From contig CALSCP010000408.1 in the NCBI GenBank assembly GCA_943704425.1, positions 82,211 through 146,210 of the forward strand: a stretch of DNA of 64,000 bases. Direction: 5' to 3'. Source of the stretch: Ministeria vibrans ATCC 50519. Lineage: Eukaryota > Protista > Filasterea. The position numbers and the translations under genes were made by a program. Below the pieces are notes generated by a model. It saw only the letters and a program-made list of their open reading frames with translations. It searched no databases and was not told the DNA's origin. Each line of letters begins with the position of its first letter. The first letter of the stretch is position 1. Shown piece after piece: positions 37,873-53,212 of the stretch.

Positions 37873-38819
37873 ATGTAACCTGTAGAGAGAAGAAAACTGG
37901 ATGACTGGAAATAGTCAATAGATATTAGTGGAATATTGATTCTTGTGGGGTTTGTTGAGAATTGGTTCCAATATTCAAAGGAGTGTCTAAGTAGTCACAA
38001 CTCACAAACTTCAATATTTTAATTTCGCTAAGGAAAGGTGAAATAGACGTCTGCCCACTGGCTTGGTGCAGATCGAGATCGCGATGAATAGGGGTGCGGA
38101 CCAGAGACAACAGGTAAAAGCTATTTTTGGACGGAACCGAAACAAACGCCGATTGTCGTCCTGACCGCCCCGTGCGCGTAGCAGCAGCCCCATGGACAGC
38201 AGCAGCACAGAGCAGGCGCTGGCCAGGTATGGATCACTGCTGATTGTTTTTCCAGCGGTTTTTTTTTTTGGCCCTTTTTCTTCTTTTTTTTCGCATTCGG
38301 TTCTCATTCGCATTGCGCGTCAGTGTCGAAGCGGGCGTATCTTTGGGAACAGCCTTGACGTGTCAGATCCCGTGGGCTGGCGGCGGCCGGGGGGGCGCAG
38401 GGCCTGTGCAAACTGCTGTGCACAACTTGCTGACGCTATCGATTTCTGATTTCCGCCTTGTTTCGTCTCCGTCCTCTCTCCCCTTGCGCGCCACACCCTC
38501 TCTGTGCCTCTGTATCTCATTTCAACTTCTTGGTGGCAACTTTGCGTCTGGTGTAGTTCGCTTTGGTGGTCAAACAATCGCGTCCGAGGCGGAAAACGAT
38601 TTTTTTTTTTGTGTGTTCGTTTTGTGTCGCTCGATTCGCGTCATTTGCACGTTGCTGAGCGCCCGAAATGTGTCCTCTTGTGTCTACTGTGTGATATCTG
38701 TGCGCGTGTGGGGGTGTGAGAGGCGGGAAAGTCGCTGAGTTGGGAGTGGGGATGTTGTAAACGCCGATCTGCCGACTAACACGCTCATGTCCCCGCTCTG
38801 TTGCTATTCTCCACTGCAG

Positions 38820-41800
38820 GCGGTTGTGCGCAAGGAGTCGTTTACGATTACGGGTCAAGGACGCGGTGTAGGCGACTTTGTGTTGCTCGACGACATTGGC
38901 GAGGCGTCGTTTATGCGGAATCTCGAGGCGCGTTTCATGAGCAACCAGGTGTACTCGTTCATTGGCGAGGTGATTGTCTCGGTGAATCCCTACCGCGCGC
39001 TCCCTATCTACGGCATGGACTTTGTCCGGCGCTACCAGGGCCATTTTATGTACGAGAGACCGCCGCACATCTTTGCGCTCGCCGAGAACGCCTACACGGA
39101 CATGCGTCGCAATCGTGTCGACCAGTGCATTGTCATTTCGGGCGAGAGTGGCGCCGGTAAGACCGAGGCATCCAAGATCATTATGCGCTACATTGCCGCC
39201 GTCACCACAAAGACCCAAAAGGTACACTATTCGGACCGGTGTCTTCTGATTTTTGTGTCTTTGTATTGTTTTTTTTTATTGTATGTCTGTGTGTTTTAAT
39301 GTTTGTTGTCGTTTCAGGTGGAAAGAACAAAGGACACACTTTTATCAAGCAACCCAGTGTTGGAGGCGTTTGGCAATGCGGCAACGACGAGAAACGACAA
39401 CTCCAGCCGATTTGTAAGACATGTTGTCTGTCTCTCTGTCTGTCACTTATGCAGTTGTTGTTGTGTGTCTCTATGCATGGATTAGGGCAAGTACATGGAC
39501 ATTGCGTTTGACTTCAAGGGTGATCCTCTGGGCGGGCACATCTCCAAGTACCTCCTTGAGAAGTCGCGCGTGGTCAAGCAGTCAGTTGGCGAGCGCAACT
39601 TTCACATTTTCTACCAGGTGCTCATGGGCGGCGACCCGGGCATGCACCGCGCTCTCATGCTGCAGCCCAATCCGGGTCTCTTTAGCTTCCTCAATCAATC
39701 CGGCTGCACTGAGGTAATAATATTAATTGTCAAAGTTTTTTTACGGTATGTACTCACATCCTGTACCCATTTTCTTTCTTCTGTTTCTCTTCTTGTGTGT
39801 TGAAGGTGGGTGGCGTGAATGACGTGAAAGACTTCCAAGGCACGCTGGCTGCGATGCGGGGTCTTGGGTTTGCGCCTGAGGAGCAGAAGTCGCTGTTTGC
39901 GCTGGTGGGCGCAGTGCTGCACTTTGGCAACATGGACTTCGAGTCGGACGGACAGGACGGGTCGCGACTGAGCAAGACGGGCCGTGGTGCAACGGGTGCT
40001 TCGGCCAAGTTGATTCGTGTCAACACCAACGACCTGGCGCGCACCGTCACACACCGCATCATTGCGTCGCGTGGCGAAGTCATTGCCATGCAACACGACG
40101 TGAACCGCGCCCGTGACACTCGCGACGCCCTTGCCAAGGCTGTCTACGACCGTATGTTTGCGTGGATTGTCGAGCGTATCAACCATACGCTGGCACCTCC
40201 CGCCCCGGTTGGCGACGTCGCCGCGCACAAGGCTGGTAGTGTTCACCCCTCCGACCAGAATGTCATTGGTGTTCTCGACATTTACGGCTTCGAAATCCTG
40301 GAGAACAACGGATTTGAGCAGTTTTGCATCAACTACTGCAACGAGAAGCTCCAACAGCTTTTTATCGAGCTGGTGCTCAAGCGCGAACAGGAAGAGTACC
40401 GTCGCGAAGGAATCCGGTATATTGGAATACTTTTTATTGGTCAAAGGTGACTCAAACGCATATTCTTCACTTTAGATGGGAGGACGTTCAGTACTTCAAC
40501 AACAAGACAATTTGCGACCTGATCGATCAGCCGCGCGAAGGCATCTTTGCGATTCTGGACGAGGAGTGTTTGCGGCCCGGCAATGCGACCGACACCGACT
40601 TTTTGTACCACCTCGACCACCGTATCCACATGCATCGCCACTATTGCAGCCGCCACAAGGACAAGAGCGATCGCACGCTGCGTCCAAATCTCGACTTCCG
40701 TCTTATTCACTACGCTGGAGCTGTAAGCATATGATCAAGAGAGACAAAGACAACCCACTGACATGTACGACAATTGTGCTGTTTATGTTGTAGGTCACTT
40801 ACTCTATCCAAGGATTCCTCTTCAAGAACACCGATGTGCTCTTTCAAGATCTCAAGCGTCTGATGTATCACAGTGAGAACCCCGTAAGAAGATTGACAAA
40901 AATATTAAATAATTATAATTATTATTATTATTAATTCTTTTTTTTTATCTCTTAGATCATTCGGTCAATGTGGCCCGAGGGTGCACAGGATATTCTCAAG
41001 GTCAGCAAGCGACCACTGTCGGCGGGCACCAAGTTCAAGAACTCGATGGCGTCGCTAGTGCAGAACCTGCTGTCCAAGGAGCCGCACTATGTGCGCTGTG
41101 TCAAGCCCAACGACAAGAAGCAGCCTAACGACTTTGACAGTGTACGTGTGCTGCATCAGGTGCGCTACTTGGGTCTCGTTGAGAATCTGCGTGTGCGCCG
41201 TGCTGGCTTTGCCTACCGCATGGTCTACACACGCTTCCTGGCGCGCTACAAGATGCTCTGCGATGCCACTTGGCCCGTCTGGAATGTAAGATGATACCCG
41301 CAAAGAATTTGAACAATCGCCGAATTTGTGAGTTGATGTGTGTGTGTTGTTTTTTTGTAGGGTGATCCACAAGAGGGCACTCGAGCGATCCTGGAACACG
41401 AGAAGCTTCACCCGCCTCTATTGCAGTACGGACGCACCAAGCTGTTTGTGCGCACGCCCAAGACACTGGCGTTCCTTGAGCAGCGTCGCGAGCAGGAGCT
41501 GCCCAAACTCGTGCGAATGATCCAGACCCGCTGGCGCTCTCATCGCGCTCGTATGTTTGTCAGACGTCTGCGGGCTGCTCTCATCATCTCGCGTCGCTTC
41601 AAGTTCTTCATGGCGCGCAACTACATGAAGGTATAGAAAACAAACCAAAAGGAGTGAGCATTGTCTCAAAATATTTTTGTGATGTAGAAAATCTTCAAGT
41701 TGTTCCAAAATGTCAAGCAAGACCCTCAGTTGGGACGCGACGCACAGTGGCCCAAGCCACCGGCCGTGCTGGGAAACTTTCGACAGAAACTGACTCAGAT

Positions 41801-41852
41801 CCACCGAATGTGGCGTGCGCGACAGATTGTGATGCGACTCGGAGAGACTGAG
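38820..41852 (+). CDS. Class I myosin, MYO1D/G-like; start exon uncertain, tail cut by an assembly gap
   Basis: [85 protein letters not shown] motif [11 protein letters not shown]; ends in poly-T and an N gap. Confidence 0.93.
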
Positions 41853-41858
41853 GTGAGT

Positions 41859-41945
<87 letters not shown>

Positions 41946-41955
41946 NNNNNNNNNN
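41946..41955. other. Assembly gap between poly-T and poly-A runs
   Basis: N run; the myosin TH1 tail is not found after it. Confidence 0.95.
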
Positions 41956-42704
41956 AAAAAAAAAAAAAAAAAAAAAAAAAATTCCAAGAGTGTTGTGTGA
42001 AAGTCAAGTGAGAAACTCAACAAACGACTACGAGAAGGCAAGAAGACGGAAATGGCCGATCAGCAGTGCTTAATACGTATAGGTGATGGGCACAGCGCGT
42101 AAGAACAGAGGCTGCACGCACTCTGGATGGGGGTTTTGGGTTCGGAAGAAACGACGACAAATAAGGATGAAAATCATGCGCAGAAGCGTACGCACGCCAC
42201 AAAACTTCCGCAGCAAAGCAAAATAGACGTGCTAGACCGTCTCGGTCCGCATTTTGTCAGTACTTTTTACTATTGTTATCTTCTTCTTCATAACTATTAT
42301 TATTATTATTCTTATGTCACGTATGGTAAGATGACCAACACAGGACACACAGGGAGCGTTTGACAACGGCCGACAGTGCACAACACAACGACGCCATGTG
42401 TACGTACTCGTCTACCACGGCGATATCGCTCTGGAGAAAGCGGTCTTCGCGGGGAGTCGTGTCGACTTGGAAGGAAGCCCATTTGGAGTTTGGACGTTCC
42501 ATGGCGAAAGAGCGAGATCACCACTTCCCAACCAGAAGGCAGACCGAACACCACAGAGCGTGAGTGCCTGACTTGAATAAAAACAATGAAGACTCATCAC
42601 TCAAGTGAAGTAGTGATAATATTTTTACATCAGCCCGTTAAGCTCATTCCGAAGTTACCGATTTGCGTTAGACAGAGACAAGAAAATTAAAAAAAAAATT
42701 GTTT

Positions 42705-44322
42705 TTATTCGAGAAGTGGTCGCTGGAGCTCCTGGAATTTTGCGGCGGAGTGACGCGAGCGCAATTTCATAATGCCAAAGACGACGAGGGCAAAGGCAAG
42801 GACACAGCCGATGACAATGCCGGCAATCGCACCGTCTGACACCTTCTTCTTCTGTGGAACGGGAGCAATCGTAGGAGCAGGTCCAGTTGCACTTGCTGAG
42901 GGAACAGGGACGGCAGAGGCCGAAGCAGCGGTCGAGACAGAGGCAGAGGCAGTGGGAGCAGGCGCGATAGAGGCAGAGGGAGCAGGGGAGACAGAAGCAG
43001 AGGGAGCAGACGAGGCTGTGGTAGAGGAAGTCATAGAAGCGGATGAAGCAACCGAGGCCGAGGCAACAGAAGAGGCTGACGGGGCAGTGGAAGCAGAGAT
43101 GGAAGAAGAGGCGGATGCAGAAGCGGGCACAGTGGAAGCAGTGGCGGACGCAGAAGCGGGAACAGTGGAAGCAGTGGCGGACGCAGAAGCGGGCACAGTG
43201 GAAGCAGTGGCGGACGCAGAAGCGGGCACAGTGGAAGCAGTGGCGGACGCAGAAGCGGACACAGTGGAAGCAGAGGCGGGCACAGTCGAGACCGAGGCAG
43301 AGGCGGGCATCATGGAGACGGACGGGACTGGCACGGCGGAAGAGGCCAGAGCGGTGGGGTTCATGGTAGGAGTGGGCATGATGGGGGCAACATAGCTGTA
43401 AAAAGAAAGAGGTGAGAACAGAGAATCAATATAGCAATAGTACTACAATCATTAATAGTTATTCTTTGCTTTTTTGTTTGGTACGGAGGAAAACTGTTGC
43501 ACGGAATGGAAAGAGTGTAGTTGGACGAAGTTTGGCCGATGGTCGCGTTGATGCAGGTGTCGAGAGGAAGCGAGTAGAGGATGCTGTGTGATGTGCAATT
43601 CTCGTAGTCAAGCTCATTTGTGGTGGCGTTGTACGCGTAGTGGATGTCGCCAGGTGAGCAGGCGACGGAGGTGTCGAGGGGCACAAGGGCAATCGCCGAG
43701 GCGCCGCCCTCGTTGGCGTACGGGACACACGAGTGTTGAAAGACGGTCGACATAAACACAAGGGTGCTGTTCGCCGGCGGCGTGGGCACGTCAATCATGC
43801 AATGGTCGTCGCCGGAGAGGAGACGAAAGGCCAAGCGTGTGGACGCATCGGCAAACACACACTGACTGTCCTCCACAAGCGTGGTGTTGAGAACACATTC
43901 GGCGGGGTGGGAGATGGGGCAAGGAGGAGGCTGTTCCAGCGATCTGCATTGGAGAGAAAGGCGTGCGTGGCGTGTGTGAGACTTGGGATGAGTCGCGCGT
44001 GCAAACACAAAGGCATGTACCCACAAAAGCAGCCGTAATCGAGGTGCACGGCACCCACGCCCTCGGGGGTGATACGATAGTATGAGGTGGGGAGATCCAC
44101 GAGGTAAGGCATGGCATTCCAGGACGGCGTGACGGGCAGACGGGCGATGGTTATCTCGGTGAGATTGTTCGCAAAGGGGTTGAGGCAATCACCCTCGTCG
44201 CTGGCCCACGTGAACTGGTTTAGGTAGTAGAAGTCGCGGAGACCATTGTCATTGTCGGCCGGGATGGCAACGGCAGAGACGCACGCGAGAGCTGCAGCCA
44301 AGACAAAGACGAAGATTTTCAT
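42705..44322 (-). CDS. Type I membrane glycoprotein with Cys-containing ectodomain and Ser/Ala/Thr mucin-like stalk
   Basis: Signal peptide MKIFVFVLAAALACVSA; 3 exons; ASTVPASASAT repeats; TM GAIAGIVIGCVLAFALVVFGIM; short tail ending RPLLE. Confidence 0.8.
43120..43290. repeat. 33-bp coding tandem repeat (ASTVPASASAT)
   Basis: gaagcgggcacagtggaagcagtggcggacgca repeated about 4-5 times. Confidence 0.9.
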
Positions 44323-44532
44323 TTCGTAATGAAAATTGATTGATGATTGATATTTGATTCATGATTCTGAGAATGAGATATCATACATTCATACTTTATT
44401 CGACTTCACTGTTCTGAGTGTTCCTTTTGCACTTTGAAGTTGTGGCTTACCTATTGACGATCTGTTTCAGCACCCGCTCTGAAGGGGCAGCGTGCGAGTG
44501 GACGGCGGCGCTGAAGTTGTTCAGATTGTGCC

Positions 44533-45896
44533 ATGTCCAGTTATGAGAAGTCGCTCTCGTTGCAGACGACTCCGACCAACATTGCTATTGACACGTCGTT
44601 CCTCTTGCTATGCGGCTTTGGTGTCTTTTGTACGTGTTTCTCGCTCACTCTTGTTGCGCTGTCAAAAACTCACCAACTCAACTCCCCACTCGCACAGTGA
44701 TGCAACCGGGCTTCCTGCTGCTGGAAACGGGGTTGGTGCGCCGAAGAAACGCATCCCAGATCCTCATGAAGAACGTCCTGGACTTTTGTACGGCGGAAGA
44801 GAGATAGAGAGAGAGGGGGGGAGGAAACCCGCGGCCGTCACAGACTCACACCACCGCACAACGCGCGTTTTTAGGCGTTTCCAGCCTCGTGTATTATCTG
44901 TTGGGCTTTGCCTTGAGCTATGGCGGCACCGACGCCTTCATTGGCGTCCGCTACTTTGCGCTGCACCAAGTGCCCTATTCCATGTACACCTTTGCCTTTT
45001 TCCAACTGCTGTTCGCAACCACAGCCGTCACCATTGTGAGCGGCGCGGTTGCCGAACGCATGAAAACCTCCTCTTATCTACTGGTCACCGCGTGTGTGGT
45101 AAGCGTCCGATAAGCTCTCTTAAAAATTCCGATCTTGACAAAAAAAAAAACGTTATGACAGACGGGACTCATTTATCCTGTTGTTGTGCATTGGACGTGG
45201 GGCGGAGGCTATCTCTCGCTCAACCATCGCTCGATAGCCCTTGTGGTATGGCCTTGGCAGTCTGGTGTGTGTGTGTGTGTGTGTATTGATCGTAGACGTG
45301 TTGTGTTTACTCTTATAGGATTTCAGTGGGTCTGGCGTTGTCCATGTCACTGTACGTTTTTGTTGTGTGTTGCGCGGTGTCTAACTTATTTTCTGTCCCT
45401 GCAGGGCGGAACGGTGGGACTTATTGGTGCCATTATGGTGGGGCCACGAAAAGGGCGTTTCGATGAATACGGCGACGCAGTGACAGTGAGTGAATGAAAC
45501 ATTTTTGGAGAGAAACACTTAACATTGCTTGTTTTTTTTTTTCTTGTTTTTTTTTTGTGTGTGTGTGTGTCAGTTTGCCCCCAGTAGTATGGTTCTCACT
45601 GTGTTTGGGGCATTTCTTATGTGGATGGGATTCTTCCCGTTCAATGCGGGCTCAGTCGCATCGCTGACGGCTGACGTGGCGACGGGGGAGTTTTATGCGG
45701 CGCGCAGTGCTCTTAACACAACTTTGGCGGGCGTTGGTGGTACTTGGATGGTAATATATAATTATGAACCGGATGTGTGTTGTTAATATTTATGTTTGTG
45801 TGTGTTGTTTAGTCGCTTATGATTCACTATCCGTCGTTTCGCAAGTCACGACGCAGTCCACATCTAGTCGATATCATCAACTCAGGACTGGCAGGA
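44533..45896 (+). CDS. Ammonium transporter (AMT1-type), 5' exons
   Basis: MQPGFLLLETGLVR..N..ILMKNVLD, FFQLLFATTAVTIVSGAVAER, YPVVVHWTW, DFSGSGVVH, GPRKGRF, WMGFFPFNAGS, NSGLAG. Confidence 0.92.
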
Positions 45897-45928
45897 GTAA
45901 GATTGCGAGAGAGAGAGAATAAGTCTAA

Positions 45929-47469
<1,541 letters not shown>

Positions 47470-47706
47470 GATACAGACAGACAGACAGACAGACAGAGAG
47501 TGGCACATTGCTCATTACTAACATATTTTATGTCCTGTCTAGTGGAATGGTCGTTGAGAATGTAGTGACTCCCGACGAACCAAACGATCATCGCATGTGA
47601 TAATCTCACTCAATCACAGTTACTGTACATATCGTAGACACACATACACCCCAATAAAGAACAAAATAATAATGAACAGTTGAAGATTTTAAAGAATAAT
47701 AATTAG

Positions 47707-48752
47707 TTACAATTTGCGTCTTTTAATGACAAACTCGGTTTCCGCATCACCAGACTCCTCCACGAGCGACCCGTCTGCGCGCATTCCCGTCAGCCGTTCG
47801 CTGAGTTCTGCATTGCGCTGTGCTGCCAGCTGATACTTGGCTTGCTGCTTGGCTTCCCGTTGCGCAAACTGTGTGAGTGTGTGAGAAAGCGTGTGTGTGT
47901 AAATGAATGAAGCAAATAATTAATAAATTATATAAGTGTTGACAGATGGTTGTGAGTCGTTTGCGTACAAGCTTCTCTTTGTGCTGCTTGTAAATAGCAC
48001 TTGACGGGTCACACAAAGGATTGCGACACTTTTTGAGCAGTTTGACTGCGCTTTTGAGCGTCTCCTTTGCGGTCACCGGCGCACTCTCAAGGGCCCGAAG
48101 AAACACGGTGCATCGCTGAAACAACAACAGGTCAGCGGAGAACGCATACACATGTGAGTAAGAGTACGTCAAAAACTTCGTCAATGTCCCCAAAGGAGCC
48201 AAACTGATCACGGAAGAACCTATCACATAAGATGAGTTGTGTGTGTGTGCATCGTTGCTTCCTCTTCTTTTCTTTTTGTACTGTTGAAGGGGCTCCACCG
48301 TGGTCGCGTCCATCTGCTGCGCTGCGCCCAACAGAGCAGCAAGTGCAATCTGCGAGGGAGGCACCGACAGGAGCAGCTCAGCAGGGGACAGCAGCAGCGG
48401 ACTGACGAGTGCCTGTGCGCGTCGATCCAGCTCGCCCACATCCAGTGTGTCGTACAGTTGTGTCTGTATACGGCAAGATATAGACACTTACTCACACATT
48501 CTTTTCAACTCTTTGTTTACCTTTAGATCGAGAATGAGTCCTTTAAGTGCGGTGAATGGAGAGTGAACGATCAGCTGGAATTTGAGTTTGCGCAGCAATT
48601 CGATTTCCGACGCGTGAATTCCTCTGATCATTTTTTCGCGGTGTTCGCGATCTTCTTCAGGCGACAAGTTCGCTTTAATAAACGGGTCGATGAAGTTCGC
48701 CAGAGTTATATATATTTCGTCTATTTTACACGCCAGGAATATCGAAGCAAGC
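47707..48752 (-). CDS. CCNH: Cyclin H, 3' exons (5' part missing at the CT repeat/N gap)
   Basis: IFLACKIDE, E.ELLRKLKFQLIVHSPF.ALKG..DLK, PSQIALAAL, KKCRNP. Confidence 0.85.
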
Positions 48753-48812
48753 CTGAAACACATACAATATTTGTCACTGAACTCTCGCTCACTTGTTCTT
48801 CCTCTCACTTTG

Positions 48813-48819
<7 letters not shown>

Positions 48820-48866
<47 letters not shown>

Positions 48867-48872
48867 NNNNNN

Positions 48873-48966
<94 letters not shown>
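48820..48966. repeat. (CT)n microsatellite containing an N gap (48867-48872)
   Basis: Direct; separates a cyclin H intron from an AMT intron. Confidence 0.95.
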
Positions 48967-48970
<4 letters not shown>

Positions 48971-49047
48971 CTTTGTTTCTTTCTACCTCCCTCCATCCTT
49001 CCTTTCTCTCTCTACCTCTGTGTTTTGTCTTTCTTGGCGTTACACAG

Positions 49048-49888
49048 TTGGTGGCAATCTGTGCCTCTGCGGCCACGGCTGAGCCCTGGGCTGCTTTTGT
49101 GATTGGGGCCATGGCGGCTGTGACGTACTGTCTGTACGCCAAGGCACTTATTCGGTTGCAGATTGACGATCCATTGAATGCGGTCGCAGTGCACATGGGC
49201 GCAGGCCTGTGGGGTCTTGCGGCGTATGGTCTATTGGGTGCTCCCGCTCACTCTGTGTTCTATAGCTGGACCAGACTCCATTGGAACCAGTTCGCCATTC
49301 AGATTGGTACTATAATTATGTTTTTTTTTGTGTGTGTGTGCTCATTTGATATATTGTTCAGGAGGTGGGTTGTTGATTGCGACGTGGGCTGCTGCAGTGA
49401 GCTTTGTATTGTTTTTTGTGCTTGATGCACTGCATCTGCTACGCTCCGACGAGCCCACGGGCTCTTCTCGCCTGTCTCTCGCACAGCGCCTGAGGCGCCT
49501 TCTCTTGCCCTATTTTCCTTACCGGCGCGAGCAGCACTCTGCTTCTGCTTCTGCTTCTGCTTCTGCTGCGGCGGGTGGTCGTGTATTGTTCTTGCCTGGA
49601 CCCAATCCAGCCAGTGAGATGGCTTCCACTTCCATCGAAATGACAATGGTTCCGTCGGAAATAGCTGATGCGCCCACGGCATTGTCACGGCACTCCAAAA
49701 AGGTGACGTTTGGTCGTCCCAACTCATCATGCCCGCAACTACCCACGCCGTTTCAGCATCACGAGTCCGTCTCGACCGCGTCCATGCCCCACCTTAAATT
49801 CCTCTCCCATACTTGCGACCATAGAACGCGCTCACCTCCGTCGACGCGCTCCGACGCCTCTTCTCCTGACTCCGTCTCCTTTGCGTAG
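49048..49888 (+). CDS. Ammonium transporter, 3' exons
   Basis: LVAICAS...PWAAFVIG, IDDPLNAVAVHMGAGLWG, then a long cytosolic tail; the phase-0 acceptor completes LAG|LVAI with the donor at 45897. Confidence 0.9.
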
Positions 49889-49998
49889 CTCCCTGGTCTT
49901 ATATTAATTATGTACATCACCTGTATGATATAGTGCACAACAACAACGATACAATAGGAACAAATGAAGTGAACTTTTATATATACAATAATGGTAAT

Positions 49999-50463
49999 CT
50001 ATCTGTGAAACCCGCCGAGACACTTGGGCGAAGGGTCAAATGAGCCTCCCTGCTCAGTCCATTCAGAGGGCGTCTTGGCGACAATCGACAGCGCATGCAC
50101 GCCCGAGGCAAGCTCGTGTGCGAGTGTCTACATGGAGGACAGGCAGACGAGAGGGAATGAGTGTGCATAATAATGCATGTCGATCACCCTTTGGCTTGCG
50201 CGTACGGCGTTCACTTTGCGATGGCGCTGAATCAACTTGAGCCCGTCCCACACGTCGGAGACAACAACCACCTTGAAGTGTGTCTCCGACCCGGGCGGGA
50301 CGTTGTGTCCCGACGATTCATTCATCACTTCGAGATGTGACGGCGCAAACGCATCGCGCAATTTCTCAGCAATGCCACTCGCAACCGGTCCACGAGCACT
50401 GTCCGACATGTACGATCGAATAAAGGTAGTGCTGACAAGAGGTCTGACAAAAGCACGGAGCAT
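49999..50463 (-). CDS. BOLA1: Mitochondrial BolA1-like protein
   Basis: Presequence, LEVMNESSGHNVPPGSETHFKVVVVS, QRHRKVN, VHALSIVAKTP, SPKCLGG. Confidence 0.92.
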
Positions 50464-50695
50464 ATGGTCAAAAAAGTGAATTATTTGACGTGCAATTCAA
50501 GTTGCAAAATCAATGCTATTTTGCTATTTCGTGGGTTACAAGTCTCACTCACAACTCTGCAAACGTCTGAAATCCGATCACAAATTTACAAGTACAAAGG
50601 GCTATTCATGCAGTGTGTCTATTGTTGTCAATTTGATCTTGGTTTACTGTCCCTCAATGATTCATAAGGTGAAGGCAAAAATAATAAGTATTATT

Positions 50696-51563
50696 TTACT
50701 TCAGGGTAAGCGCAGCACCGAGAACAAAGGAGAGACCAAAGACAAACCAGCCACTCTTGTAGAGAGTCGGCAAGTCAAAGCCCTTTCCCGAGTCCCACGC
50801 CAAGTGGCGCATGCCATTCAGCGTGTGGTACGCCAGCGGCCACATGATGCACGCCTTGATGGGCAGCGCAAGCCCGCCCGCCTACCCAAGCACAAATGAA
50901 GTTGGATGAGTGGGATAAAGGCGGTATGTGTTATTGTTTTCAATCTTACGTGTGCATTGAAGGTGGCGGCAAACTCGGCGGCCGGCACGCCCGCCGCGAC
51001 ATACCCCATGGCCAGGGCACTGACGGCAACGGAGAGGCCGGCGCCTGTCAGTCTGTGTGTGATCGACAGCATCGACGTAAGCTGTGGCTTGTAGATCGTC
51101 AGATGCGGCGACATGGGTCGGCCCAGCGCGACGTTCTAAGCAAAACACACACGACAAAGCGCGTAGGTGAATGAGTGAGTGAGTGTTGTCGCATACCACG
51201 CCAGTCATACACGCTAGCACGACACATGCAGCTCGTGCACGTCAAGCTTAGAGGTGCATTGTGTTGTGATCAGTTGCATTAGAGCAACGAGGAAAGGCGA
51301 GATTATGGAGAACGAGCAAGCGCGACAACTCATTTTTTTTTTTTTTTTCTAATTCGTGTTTTGTCGCTTATACGCTCCAGAATTGATACAAGACCACAAT
51401 GGCTCACCTTGTCCCTGAACGATGTATCATATGCGGAGCTCGAAGCGGGTGCGCGAAGCGACGCGGCTCCTCCAGCGCACGACAACCGTGAAAGAGCGCT
51501 TTGCGAACGCAGCAGCCCGACCTGTCTGCTGGCAATTCCTCCAAGACGGCCCGCAAGAAGCAT
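50696..51563 (-). CDS. SDHC: Succinate dehydrogenase cytochrome b560 subunit
   Basis: Presequence; RPMSPHLTIYKPQLTSMLSITHRLTG; YHTLNGMRHLAWDSGKG. Confidence 0.93.
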
Positions 51564-51741
51564 AGTGATGTACAAGTCAACGGATGGGTGAGAAAAAGAT
51601 TAAAATTTAAAGATAAAAAGATAATAATCAAAATTAATATTATTATAACTGATTTTTACTTCTTAATTCTTATCAGCCTATCAGGTATCACTCATTCACT
51701 CTTCTCTTCTCTCTCCACCTCTCATCAATTTGCATTTTCGT

Positions 51742-52200
51742 ATGCTCAGGATCATTGCTGGCGATGGATCGCATGTGGACGTGGCAGTGGCGCTCGCCCA
51801 GGAGAGCAATGTCTTGAAGGGGCTTTTGGAGGATTTGAATGTTGATCTGACAGTCACAACGGGCAAACTTCCGGCGTTACCGGTTCAGCGCGTCCCCAAC
51901 AGCGCCATCCTTCGTACCCTATTTGGCTTTATTGAACGCCACCACGCGGGGGAGGCGCCCTCGGCTATCCTTGGCGATGTGTGCCCGTCCTTTGACGTGC
52001 TGCTGCAGACAGCCTGCGCCAGCGATTATCTCGACATCCCGGCGCTCTATGCTGCGGCGACGCAAGCCATTGCCAAAGACCATTTTGCAGGCAAGACAGA
52101 CGCGCAGCTACGCGCATTGTTTCACTGTGAGGATGCGCCTGTCAGCAACCAGGAGCGCCAGTGCGTCCTCAGTCAACATCCCTGGCTTGCCGATCAGTAG
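51742..52200 (+). CDS. Divergent intronless Skp1-like protein
   Basis: DG..V..A.ES..LKGLLED, LPVQRV.SAIL, ASDYLDIPAL, GKT..QLR.LF, E....HPW. Confidence 0.8.
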   Translation: MLRIIAGDGSHVDVAVALAQESNVLKGLLEDLNVDLTVTTGKLPALPVQRVPNSAILRTLFGFIERHHAGEAPSAILGDVCPSFDVLLQTACASDYLDIPALYAAATQAIAKDHFAGKTDAQLRALFHCEDAPVSNQERQCVLSQHPWLADQ

Positions 52201-52609
52201 TCTGATCACGCGCGCATGACGAGTTGACGGCCAAGCATTGGTGATTGCATTGAGATCTTTCCTAAACAGCCCCCAGAGGTGCGACTCCGGATGAGTAGAC
52301 AAAGTAGTCCGTCCACCCCCTACTACCTCTGTCGAAGTGGGTCAAGCGACAAGCAAAGTCGCATTGTGCGCTTGCGAGTGAGTTGCGATTTGTGAGTTGT
52401 AGGATACCCGATACACACATTACACAGAGATGAGGGAGTATATAATCTTTGTTCTGCTTCGACTCGTTACACCAAATTACACTACAATACAAAATTAACA
52501 ATTCACTGAATTCTGAAATCGAAATAGTAGTGAATACAATAATAACTATTAATGGTTAATACTTAATACACCTTTTTTTAAGTTTTTTTTTAACATTCCT
52601 TCGTCGACC

Positions 52610-53181
52610 ATGCTTAGCTTGAGACTTCTGGCATCCGGCGCGCGCCAAACCCGATCGGCCCTGCCGCGCCTCGCAGCCGTACCCGTTGTGTCAACTCAAA
52701 ATTCACAGCGATCCATGAGCTGTAAGCGACCCTTCTCCTTCTCTTTCCCGACAGCGCCAACGTCCCTCTACACACCGATCCTTCTCTCTATCCTTTCATC
52801 TCCAACCAGCCGCTCTACTTCTGTTTTTGCAGTGTGAAAAACGATATCTCAAAAATGTCCTTTCCCTCCTCCTCGTCGTCTTCTTCTGCCCCATCCCGCC
52901 CTCCCCTCCCCCTACCACTACTGCTACCCCTCTATCGACCCTCCACCTTTGCGTTTGCCCGCCCATTCGTCCTGTGCGAACATTCAGGCTTCGTTTTGAC
53001 ACACGTCGTTTTCGCTTCTTTCCCCTAGCGAGCGCCTCAAAGCACTGGGCACAAGAGCGCTACGTCTCCGTAGGACTGCTTGCTCTTATTCCCGCCGCTG
53101 CCGTAGTTCCTGGGAACCCTGTGATCGACTGGAGTCTGGCAGTGATGGTACAGACTTGCGATCAGACAAGATTGCCCTCAT

Positions 53182-53212
<31 letters not shown>

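Noticed and set aside
41863-41981. Poly-T/poly-A inverted repeat
   Set aside because: It spans an N gap and is a scaffolding artefact, not a hairpin or terminator.
42000-42600. Possible exons after the gap (myosin tail?)
   Set aside because: No TH1 or other recognisable motifs and no supportable gene model.
42772-43395. Acidic Glu/Ala-repeat ORF on +
   Set aside because: Antisense shadow of the mucin-like stalk exon.
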